Virus record (IMG/VR): IMGVR_UViG_3300030104_006170
Strand: one strand, 5' to 3'
Source of the DNA: a virus
Taxonomy: Duplodnaviria > Caudoviricetes
Length of the DNA stretch: 64,000 bases
Positions within the stretch are counted from its first letter, which is position 1, and each line of letters opens with the position of its first letter. Positions 56,896-64,000 of this stretch are shown here, in pieces. Below the pieces are notes generated by a model. The model saw nothing but the letters and a program-made list of their open reading frames with translations. It did no database searches and was not told where the DNA came from. The position numbers were made by a program, and so were the translations under genes.

Positions 56896-57750
56896 TTAAT
56901 TGACTTGTTTTAATACTATTTTGTTCATTCCACCCTCAGATGTGTCATAAACTATAAAATCTACATCTGGAAATTCTACTTGTAACACCTCTTTTATAAA
57001 AGGAATTATAGCGTTTATATTACCCAAATCATCATCACTAAACCCAACCGATAGTTTTTCATTACCCATACTTACCATTTGAGAGGCTTTAGATACTATA
57101 TTTGTTACGTAATCTCTAAGTGCTATTTTTTTATTTTCTTCTGGATTTGCTGCGGAGCCACCCTCTAACCCAAATTTATCTGTAAATGTTTTGGATGTTA
57201 CTGGATGATATTCGTGTGAATCCAAATAAGTTTTTAATATTATTTCTGGGTTTTGACCATCTAATTCTGGATAAGTTTGTTGAATATTATCAATCATTCT
57301 ACCTAATTCTTCCTCATTAAATGTGTGGGCTATAACTAAATCCATACCTTTTCTTAAAACTATGGGGTCGTGTCCTCTAGCTGTTATAATTGATATTGGG
57401 TTTGCATATATTAAGGCCTCTTTAAATTTATCGAATGAAGGTGCGAATGAACCCATACCTAAAGCCTTTTCTAAATCCATTAGGAAAGCGTCTTCATCTA
57501 TAAAATTATCAAAAGCTCCTTCATCTAACTTATAATCATCACTATCCCTAACCAAAGCAAATTCTTCTGTCCCCACATTAACACCTACCCAACCATCATC
57601 GGTCTTCCTTAACATTTTAATAGTAGTGGGCATTTTAAGAATGTTATCATCCCAGTCAAAACTATATGCTCTAATACCATTAGACTGTTCCTCGATTAGT
57701 CCACCAATCCTTTTTAGTTGTTCTTTAGTTATTATTATCTGTTGTGACAT
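56896..57750 (-). CDS. HAD-superfamily phosphatase with N-terminal helical leader (start revised to MSQQ)
   Basis: Motif I YSFDWDDNIL, motif II SIITARG, motif IV GFSDDD; TATTTAT at 57756-57762 favours the ATG at 57750. Confidence 0.75.
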   Translation of the reverse strand: MSQQIIITKEQLKRIGGLIEEQSNGIRAYSFDWDDNILKMPTTIKMLRKTDDGWVGVNVGTEEFALVRDSDDYKLDEGAFDNFIDEDAFLMDLEKALGMGSFAPSFDKFKEALIYANPISIITARGHDPIVLRKGMDLVIAHTFNEEELGRMIDNIQQTYPELDGQNPEIILKTYLDSHEYHPVTSKTFTDKFGLEGGSAANPEENKKIALRDYVTNIVSKASQMVSMGNEKLSVGFSDDDLGNINAIIPFIKEVLQVEFPDVDFIVYDTSEGGMNKIVLKQVN

Positions 57751-57770
57751 ATAATATAAATACAAATTAA

Positions 57771-57802
57771 TTTGGTTTAATCGACTTTTTTTATTATCTT
57801 TG
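57771..57802 (+). promoter_or_regulatory. Bacteroidota-type primary sigma promoter
   Basis: TTTG (57771-57774) - N20 - TATCTTTG (57795-57802), 4 nt before the ATG at 57807. Confidence 0.75.
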
Positions 57803-57806
57803 TAGT

Positions 57807-58385
57807 ATGAAAAATCTAATAAAAATATTATCTTTATTTCTACTATTAAGTTCTTGTATTAAAGAACCAATATACCCACCATGTACTACTACATACCCAA
57901 CAACACAGAATAATGGTGATTATGTAGAAAAAAATTTCCTAGATGGGTGTTGGGTTTTAAAAAGTGGTACAATGTATGTACAAAATTTAGATACTGAAGA
58001 AAATACCGAAATATTTTTATTTGATGGTGGATTAAATAGTAGTTTACGTTATGATGGAATATCTTTATTTTCTTTTGAAAATATTACTAGACATCAGACG
58101 ACTTGGTGTTTTAACTTTCCGGAAAATATTCCTGGTAATGGTAGTTTCACCATAGATGGAGATTCTATATATCCTTATGGTTTAAATGTAACAAATAACA
58201 ATATAACTGTTACTGAGGATGTTTCTGGTAATTACCAATTACTAGGTGGGTCGTCTAGACCAATTCACTATGAAGTAGTAAGTATGGAGAATAAAGTCAT
58301 TAATATTTATGTACAAGAAACTTATGAGAATATTTATGGATATAACTACTACTATTTTTCAAAACTAAGATTTAAAAAACTGTAA
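57807..58385 (+). CDS. Lipoprotein with lipocalin-like beta-barrel motif
   Basis: Signal MKNLIKILSLFLLLSSC (lipobox) and LDGCWVL (L-x-G-x-W) motif; opposite strand to its neighbours. Confidence 0.75.
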   Translation: MKNLIKILSLFLLLSSCIKEPIYPPCTTTYPTTQNNGDYVEKNFLDGCWVLKSGTMYVQNLDTEENTEIFLFDGGLNSSLRYDGISLFSFENITRHQTTWCFNFPENIPGNGSFTIDGDSIYPYGLNVTNNNITVTEDVSGNYQLLGGSSRPIHYEVVSMENKVINIYVQETYENIYGYNYYYFSKLRFKKL

Positions 58386-58443
58386 CTTATAGTTAAAAAA
58401 ATCGTATATATTAATAGAAGTTTAACCCTTTAAAATAAAAATT

Positions 58444-58680
58444 ATGTTAGAATATATTATACCTTATCTAATTGTGTCACAAATACTAATGTTTGTATTT
58501 TTGTTAATCAACGAAAAAGACATTTATAGTGGTTATCTATCGTTTGAGTCTAAACGAGGTGATAAACCTACAAACAAATGGTATGTGTTCTACATTATCA
58601 CACACATACTTAAAGCCCCTATATTGGCTCCGATGATATTAATTTTAATATTATTAAATGGTGGTAAGTTAGTTGAATAA
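58444..58680 (+). CDS. Small membrane protein
   Basis: Two hydrophobic segments; A-rich leader; ends at a terminator. Confidence 0.65.
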   Translation: MLEYIIPYLIVSQILMFVFLLINEKDIYSGYLSFESKRGDKPTNKWYVFYIITHILKAPILAPMILILILLNGGKLVE

Positions 58681-58710
58681 AATAAAAGGTCCTTTCGGAC
58701 CTTTTTTATT
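58681..58710. terminator. Bidirectional intrinsic terminator
   Basis: aaaaggtcc-tttc-ggacctttttt (GAAA loop on the minus strand) between convergent genes. Confidence 0.9.
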
Positions 58711-59107
58711 ATTTTCTTCTAGACCTTTTTACTTTTCTAGATTCTGCCATTCTTCTTTTTGGTTTTCTAGATTCCATAAAGTCAGTACCTTTTTCATCAC
58801 GGTCTTCACGGTCTTCATCATACCCCATATCCTTTTTTAGATAACTTAAATGGTCCTCAATAGCCTTAACGTGGTCTTCCATAGACATTTCTTCTTTTTT
58901 ATCATGTCCTTCATCCTCTCCATAGTTATAAGTTTCTTCACCTTCACTGTCTTCTTCTAGATTTTCAGTTTCAAACATTTCTTTATATTTTGCGGTTGGT
59001 GTTCCCATTATACCGAAATTTTGTCCGTTTCCAGCTCCGAGGTTTTCTTTAACTAATTTTTCTATTAAGTTAACTAATTCTGCCTCTTTTAATTTAATCT
59101 TTTTCAT
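58709..59107 (-). CDS. Acidic low-complexity protein, putative internal head protein
   Basis: N-terminal KIKLKEAELVNLIEKLVKE leader, acidic centre, basic tail. Confidence 0.6.
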   Translation of the reverse strand: MKKIKLKEAELVNLIEKLVKENLGAGNGQNFGIMGTPTAKYKEMFETENLEEDSEGEETYNYGEDEGHDKKEEMSMEDHVKAIEDHLSYLKKDMGYDEDREDRDEKGTDFMESRKPKRRMAESRKVKRSRRK

Positions 59108-59111
59108 ATTT

Positions 59112-59870
59112 TTAGATTTTTGATATAGGTTTTATTATTTGTTTCATCTTTTTTATATCCTCTTGGATTAATTTTTGTTTTTCTTTTTCAGATTCATTTT
59201 TCATAGATTTCTTAATAGCTTTATCTCTAGCCATTAAATAATCATCAGAGTCTATGTCTCCATCACCATCATGGTCTTTTTTCTTACCTTCATCCATTTC
59301 GTGGTGTCCCTCTTCCATATCATCCATTTCATATACATCACCATCTTGTCCATCATAACCTTCATCTAATTCTGGGTAAGGAAGTGGGTCTTTTAGTGAC
59401 TCAGGGTCTGCCATTGCTCTTTGGTCTCTACCAGATGCAATTGCGTCAGCCGTAATAGTCATAAAATTACCTAATTTAGTAATAGAGTTAGCTAATCTTT
59501 TTCTAGTATCACTATCTTTAATCATGTCATAAGCTTTCTTAACACCATTAATGATATTCTCAATACCATTAGCAGCAGCTACACCACGATTATATCCACC
59601 ACTATCAAACCCTTCTCCTAATAAATCATAAGAATAATCTTCAACACTTAAATCTAAATTTTCGTTTTTGATGGATTCTCTAATTAACTGGTGACATTCT
59701 TTAATAATTTGATTAATAGAATTTTGTTTTGATTCTTCTAACCTCATTAACAACCTATCTAATTGTTCTTCACTCAAAATAACATCCTGTCTTTTACCTT
59801 CCGTAAAAACTTTTTTATTAGTTTTAGGTTGTTTTAGACTTTCGTTTAATGTTTTTTTACTAAATTTCAT
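59112..59870 (-). CDS. Acidic protein with DxDxDG loop, putative internal head protein
   Basis: VILSEEQLDRLL, DHDGDGDIDSDD and LIQEDIKKMKQI segments. Confidence 0.6.
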   Translation of the reverse strand: MKFSKKTLNESLKQPKTNKKVFTEGKRQDVILSEEQLDRLLMRLEESKQNSINQIIKECHQLIRESIKNENLDLSVEDYSYDLLGEGFDSGGYNRGVAAANGIENIINGVKKAYDMIKDSDTRKRLANSITKLGNFMTITADAIASGRDQRAMADPESLKDPLPYPELDEGYDGQDGDVYEMDDMEEGHHEMDEGKKKDHDGDGDIDSDDYLMARDKAIKKSMKNESEKEKQKLIQEDIKKMKQIIKPISKI

Positions 59871-59891
59871 ATCTCTGTTTTGTTATAAATA

Positions 59892-62800
59892 TTATATATC
59901 TTCAAAAGACGCCCCTGTAGGAGTTATTAAGAACTCAACAAATATATATTCTAACGCTCTGGTAGGTTTAATATAAATCTTACCATTCATTTCATTTCTA
60001 TCTATTTCTTCAGGGTCATTAGAAAGTACTACTCTAAAGTCTGTTAAACCTCTATCTCTTCTTATAGAGTCTAGAATTGGGTTAACTAGGTCTAAGAATT
60101 GTTGTCTCACTATGTCATCATTCTGTTCAAATATTAATCTCACTGAAACAGCCGAAATTAATTTTCTAGTTTGTAATAGTAATCTTCTAACATTAATTCT
60201 ATCTAAAGCAGATTCTCTAATCTGTAAAGTTTTATTACCCCAGATAATTGGACCTACATCACTGAATGTCGCGATAGGGTTAAGTCTACCTACATATAAT
60301 GTATCTCTTTCATCTAAAGTCAGTTTCTTTCTCGCTTTAACCGCGTCAACTAAACCTCTTGTATATCCTGCCGAAGCGAACCATGGGAATGAAATATTAT
60401 CTGTTAATGCGATATTTCTCATTACCTCTGCTGTTGGTGGGATGTAAATTTGTTTATTGTTGGCTGTGTCTCTTACTTGTATCCAAGGATAATAAGTAGC
60501 TGTGTAGTTAGAATCGATTAATGAATCTTCTAAATTATCTACAGCTTCTTCTGGAGTAACTTGGTTTGTTGTGTCTGTTGTGTCAGCTACAAACATATTA
60601 TAGTCTGGTGTTGTTACAACATATAAAGAGTCAGCTCTTTGTGTTTCTACCATATCTATAGCTTCATTTACTAAACCTAAGTTATCTACATAATCTAGAC
60701 CTGGTGTGGTAAACACATTAATATCTACCGATTCTGGGTTATTAAATGTTTCTATACCTCTTAAGAATGCAAAATAATCTGTATTTGCCTCTACAGAACT
60801 TAGTTTCTTAAATGTTCCCAGTCCTGTACCTAATGGGAAATCACTACTAGTACATGCTCCAGCTAAGAATCCACTTAAGCCCATTCTGTAGTCATCACTA
60901 TTAGACCTAGTTTTTCTGTAAATATCCCAACCATCGAAACCACCATGTGGTGCGACAGTAAACTTACGACTTCTAAGTTTTTTATATGGTTCAGTACTTA
61001 AAGTTGGTTCAGTGTTAAACTGACCTGCTCCACAATCAAATACTGGTAAACCATTTAATGTTGTTCCTGTCCAGTCAGTGTAAGCTCCACTACCACCAAT
61101 TACTACAGTAGCTCCAGAATCCATGTGGAATCCTTTTGTTATTACATTCCAATCACCACCGTCCGCTGCTGTACATAATGTAGTCGGTACTTGTTTTCCT
61201 TTGTAGTTAAAGAAATCTGGGTCGTAAGCTGCTCCAGAACTGTTAGATACCCCTAGATAAACTTTACTTACCTTATCACCACCACTAACTGTTTGGTTAT
61301 TTACTGTACCACTACCGAAAGGTGGGTCAAAAATTGTTTCACCTGGTTTGTAGTATTTTGTTTTATAAACTAATTTAGGGTTTGTAGGACATGTTCCATA
61401 AGCTCTAAATCTATACCCCTCAAATCCTGCTGGTACTGAATTAGCAAATGTTCCATCTAATAAACCTTCACCTAAATACAACATAGTGTACTTAGACTTT
61501 AATTCAAACTCACCCGTAGATGTACCTATTTTTCTACCAATAAAAGAGACTTTTGTTGGGTCTAAACTACATCTTGTATACTTTTCAAGTACATTTGGAT
61601 TGGCATCTGTATCATAGAAATCTCTTACTAGAATATCGAACTCACCTCTCTCAAACGACATATTAATCAATGAAATTTTAATTTCTTTGTTTGCTGCTGT
61701 ACCATCCGATATAGAAACAAATTTAAATAATCTATATACATCAGTACCTTGTAACTCAGAAACAATCCATGGTGTTTCAGGTGTTGTCCATTGGTGCATG
61801 TACCAAGCTATAGTATTTGTGTTTGTTGTATTTCTCGCGGAAGGTAAGTATTGTAAACAACACTGTAACCCTCTTACTTTTCCTTTTTTCCAAGCATCTG
61901 TTAACAAAGCTGGATAAGTTTCCTCTACGAATAAAGGAACCTCTTCTTTTTTCTTATCAAAAGGACTTCTACCAAATACTCTAGAAACGTAGTCTTGTGA
62001 GGTATTACTCATAGAAGTTTTAAATGTATAAGATGTACCATTGACAGTTCCAGCACTTATACCAAACGAAGCGAATGGATTTTCCATAACTTTATAGTAA
62101 TCTCCACTACACTGCATGTTAACAGTATTTGCACTAATAGAATATACTGGACCACCCGAGGCTTTATCACTTAATCCTCTAGACCTTAAAGTTAATACTA
62201 CCATACCATCATATTCTGTTTCAGCTGATAAATTTGTATAACTAACGTAGTCCATATATACTGTACCAGAATATACTACTGTACCAGCTGTTGTTGTTCC
62301 TGTTGCTGCTGTATAAGTTGTTGCTGTTGTTGCCGGTGTACCACTAACATATATCTGGTATGAAACACCACTATATGTAGAACCTGTACAACAAGTAGTA
62401 CTATTGTCATTATCAAATAAAGCGTAGTACCAAGCATCATTTTTGTATGATTCCCAATCACTACATTCACTACCCAAGACGTTAGTCACTGTTACTGCTG
62501 ATGAATTAGCTGATAATGAAGTGAAAGTTGCTGCTGTAGCTGTATTAGTTGTTGCACTTGGTATACAACCATATTGATAAACTATTGGACATGGCCAAGC
62601 AGTTGCTCCGGTTACAGTAGAAGATGACATTGACGTACCTGTAAAACATAAAGTATTGGCTGCTGTTTTAACTGATAAACTCGCAGAGAAGAAATCAAGG
62701 AATGATTGTTTTAACGTTGGTAGTGTAGTTCCGTTCGTTAATGTTACTGTTTCACCTAAATCGGTATCAGTATCAGATTTTCTAAAGTGATTTAATACCA

Positions 62801-63320
62801 CACCTGGAATTTGTGTAAAGAAGTCACTGTTCATAGCAGAGTTGATGAATGCAGTTTCACCCACAGTAGTGTTAGTACCGGTTAGTGGGACTACGAAAGT
62901 CATAGAAGCTGATGTTGTAGAAGAAGCTACACTACTCCCAGAAACACCACTAGCTCTAAAACTTTTAGGGTCTAATTCCCCTAAAGTTAATACACTAAAT
63001 GATGGTCCCGCATCATAACCACTAAGACCTAATACTCTAGTCACAAATAATTGATTTGATTGACTTAAGTAAGACTTAGCTATATATCCTAACTCATATT
63101 TAGGAATCTGTGAATCCACGTATGTTGTTGGTGACGTACCACCAAACCTTGTTGTAAAGTCATCATACGATTGTATAAAAATAGGTTCAAAAGCTGGTCC
63201 CTTTAAAGTTTCACCAACCACACCTAATGTCGTAACACCTACACTTTGTGCTACAAATGTTAAATCTTTCTCAGAAGTATATACCCCTGGAGAAACAAAT
63301 ACCTTATTACCGTCTGCCAT
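59892..63320 (-). CDS. Tail sheath protein with large Ser/Thr-rich insertion (start revised to MADGNKVF)
   Basis: FVSPGVYTSEKDL, FGGT..YF, YYPW, PWFASAGYTRG, NPIATF..WGNKTL..LDRINVRRLL, IYIKPTRALEYI; ATG at 63320. Confidence 0.95.
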   Translation of the reverse strand: MADGNKVFVSPGVYTSEKDLTFVAQSVGVTTLGVVGETLKGPAFEPIFIQSYDDFTTRFGGTSPTTYVDSQIPKYELGYIAKSYLSQSNQLFVTRVLGLSGYDAGPSFSVLTLGELDPKSFRASGVSGSSVASSTTSASMTFVVPLTGTNTTVGETAFINSAMNSDFFTQIPGVVLNHFRKSDTDTDLGETVTLTNGTTLPTLKQSFLDFFSASLSVKTAANTLCFTGTSMSSSTVTGATAWPCPIVYQYGCIPSATTNTATAATFTSLSANSSAVTVTNVLGSECSDWESYKNDAWYYALFDNDNSTTCCTGSTYSGVSYQIYVSGTPATTATTYTAATGTTTAGTVVYSGTVYMDYVSYTNLSAETEYDGMVVLTLRSRGLSDKASGGPVYSISANTVNMQCSGDYYKVMENPFASFGISAGTVNGTSYTFKTSMSNTSQDYVSRVFGRSPFDKKKEEVPLFVEETYPALLTDAWKKGKVRGLQCCLQYLPSARNTTNTNTIAWYMHQWTTPETPWIVSELQGTDVYRLFKFVSISDGTAANKEIKISLINMSFERGEFDILVRDFYDTDANPNVLEKYTRCSLDPTKVSFIGRKIGTSTGEFELKSKYTMLYLGEGLLDGTFANSVPAGFEGYRFRAYGTCPTNPKLVYKTKYYKPGETIFDPPFGSGTVNNQTVSGGDKVSKVYLGVSNSSGAAYDPDFFNYKGKQVPTTLCTAADGGDWNVITKGFHMDSGATVVIGGSGAYTDWTGTTLNGLPVFDCGAGQFNTEPTLSTEPYKKLRSRKFTVAPHGGFDGWDIYRKTRSNSDDYRMGLSGFLAGACTSSDFPLGTGLGTFKKLSSVEANTDYFAFLRGIETFNNPESVDINVFTTPGLDYVDNLGLVNEAIDMVETQRADSLYVVTTPDYNMFVADTTDTTNQVTPEEAVDNLEDSLIDSNYTATYYPWIQVRDTANNKQIYIPPTAEVMRNIALTDNISFPWFASAGYTRGLVDAVKARKKLTLDERDTLYVGRLNPIATFSDVGPIIWGNKTLQIRESALDRINVRRLLLQTRKLISAVSVRLIFEQNDDIVRQQFLDLVNPILDSIRRDRGLTDFRVVLSNDPEEIDRNEMNGKIYIKPTRALEYIFVEFLITPTGASFEDI

Positions 63321-63423
63321 GTTTTTATAATTTTTAAAATATTTTATTTTCTTTATTATAAATACAAGGGGTATTATCAAAAGTTACGTAGTAAATCACT
63401 ATATTTCCCCCTTAGTAGGTAAA

Positions 63424-63452
63424 TTTTCATACTTTTTTCATACTATATAGTA
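63424..63452. promoter_or_regulatory. Candidate operator: phased direct repeat plus palindrome
   Basis: ttttcatact at 63424 and 63435 (11-bp period), overlapping the palindrome TACTATATAGTA (63441-63452) in the divergent sheath/RHH spacer. Confidence 0.5.
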
Positions 63453-63476
63453 GTTATAGCAAAAATATCCTCTATA

Positions 63477-63644
63477 ATGGCCAATAAAGACAAAAAACCA
63501 AAAATAAAAAATTTAAAGATAAGTGAAGAGGTTCATTTTACCCTAAAAGAGTACTGTAAGAAAAACGGACTTAAGATGTTTGCTTTTGTCGAACAATTGA
63601 TAAGGATAAATTGTAAATCTAAAAGAGATATTTACGGGGAATAA
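63477..63644 (+). CDS. Small ribbon-helix-helix-like DNA-binding protein (55 aa)
   Basis: Below the ORF-track cutoff: MANKDKKPKIKNLKISEEVHFTLKEYCKKNGLKMFAFVEQLIRINCKSKRDIYGE; alternating beta-strand then helix-G-helix. Confidence 0.75.
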   Translation: MANKDKKPKIKNLKISEEVHFTLKEYCKKNGLKMFAFVEQLIRINCKSKRDIYGE

Positions 63645-64000
63645 TTAGTATATTAATTTCTCTTGTAGTGTTAAGGTAGCGGGTGCATTACTATTATCCT
63701 TATCAACCCAAATTGTCAACTTATCACCAGGATTTATCATTAACACCTCATTAATGTTATGCTGTACATCATTTATATAAAATTCGTAAGCAATAACATT
63801 CTTAATTCTTAAAGCTGAAATATTAACTTTATAGTCGTAGTTAAGTACTAACTCATCATTACCAGCGTCAAAAGTTAACTTAGTATTTATTTTATCTGGA
63901 TTTTTTGGAGTTCCTTTTGGTTCTTTTTGTCTTTCTTTGGAGTCAAACCCAAACATTACCAACTCACGACTAATAGCCGGTTTAACCTCAAACTCTTCCT
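63645..64000 (-). CDS. 3' end of a gene entering from the right edge; possibly a tail completion/terminator protein
   Basis: Frame is open past the tracked start to the window end (EEFEVKPAISRELVMFGFD...); function inferred only from position upstream of the sheath. Confidence 0.5.
   Translation of the reverse strand, partial: EEFEVKPAISRELVMFGFDSKERQKEPKGTPKNPDKINTKLTFDAGNDELVLNYDYKVNISALRIKNVIAYEFYINDVQHNINEVLMINPGDKLTIWVDKDNSNAPATLTLQEKLIY

Larger units (their letters stand above)
3702..63364 (-). promoter_or_regulatory. Recurring TATTTAT motif upstream of minus-strand genes (candidate phage late promoter; dispersed, span given)
   Basis: Plus-strand ataaata at 3702, 15616, 31387, 33765, 37399, 41272, 42296, 53209, 55227, 56867, 57756, 59885, 63358; variant gtaaata at 56202. 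Confidence 0.6.

Noticed and set aside
421-62470. Numerous short tracked ORFs antisense or out-of-frame within long genes (e.g. 828..1058, 8412..8792, 29317..29628, 39515..39937, 53420..53878)
   Set aside because: Fully nested in well-supported genes, with biased shadow-frame composition and no initiation signals.
31445-63320. Extracellular contractile injection system or T6SS rather than phage
   Set aside because: Interleaved helicase, SSB, recombinase, exonuclease and RNR genes indicate a replicating phage genome.
1-64000. Stop-codon reassignment as in some large phages
   Set aside because: Very long ORFs and dense packing under the standard code; TAG (55413) and TGA (37857) both terminate genes at sensible places.
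1-64000. tRNA, rRNA, CRISPR array, integrase or transposase
   Set aside because: No cloverleaf, regularly spaced repeat-spacer array or mobile-element motif found; intergenic gaps are short.

Overview
A 64-kb AT-rich segment of a large contractile-tailed (myovirus/jumbo-type, T4-like architecture) bacteriophage, most likely infecting Bacteroidota. The host call rests on a TTTG-N20-TAnnTTTG promoter, A-rich translation starts without Shine-Dalgarno, a lipobox lipoprotein and SprB-like repeats. Almost all genes are on the minus strand. Read in transcription direction (right to left), the window holds: a partial gene open at the right edge, a divergent small RHH regulator, tail sheath, acidic putative head-internal proteins, a two-gene plus-strand insert, a HAD phosphatase, tail tube, a chaperone pair with a probable +1 frameshift, tape measure, tube-initiator, LysM-like and hub/M23 proteins. 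An embedded replication block follows (SSB, RecA, SlyD, 5'-3' exonuclease, helicase, class II RNR). After it come gp25- and gp6-like baseplate genes and about 31 kb of very large virion or fibre proteins. Most unusual are a 2894-aa Cys/Pro-rich modular protein with CBM5/12-like repeats next to a lone nucleotidyltransferase, a pervasive [ST]-[GA]-x-T motif in structural proteins, a dockerin-like domain on a tail-region protein, and a recurring TATTTAT upstream motif. All domain calls are by-eye motif recognition; no database searches were run.
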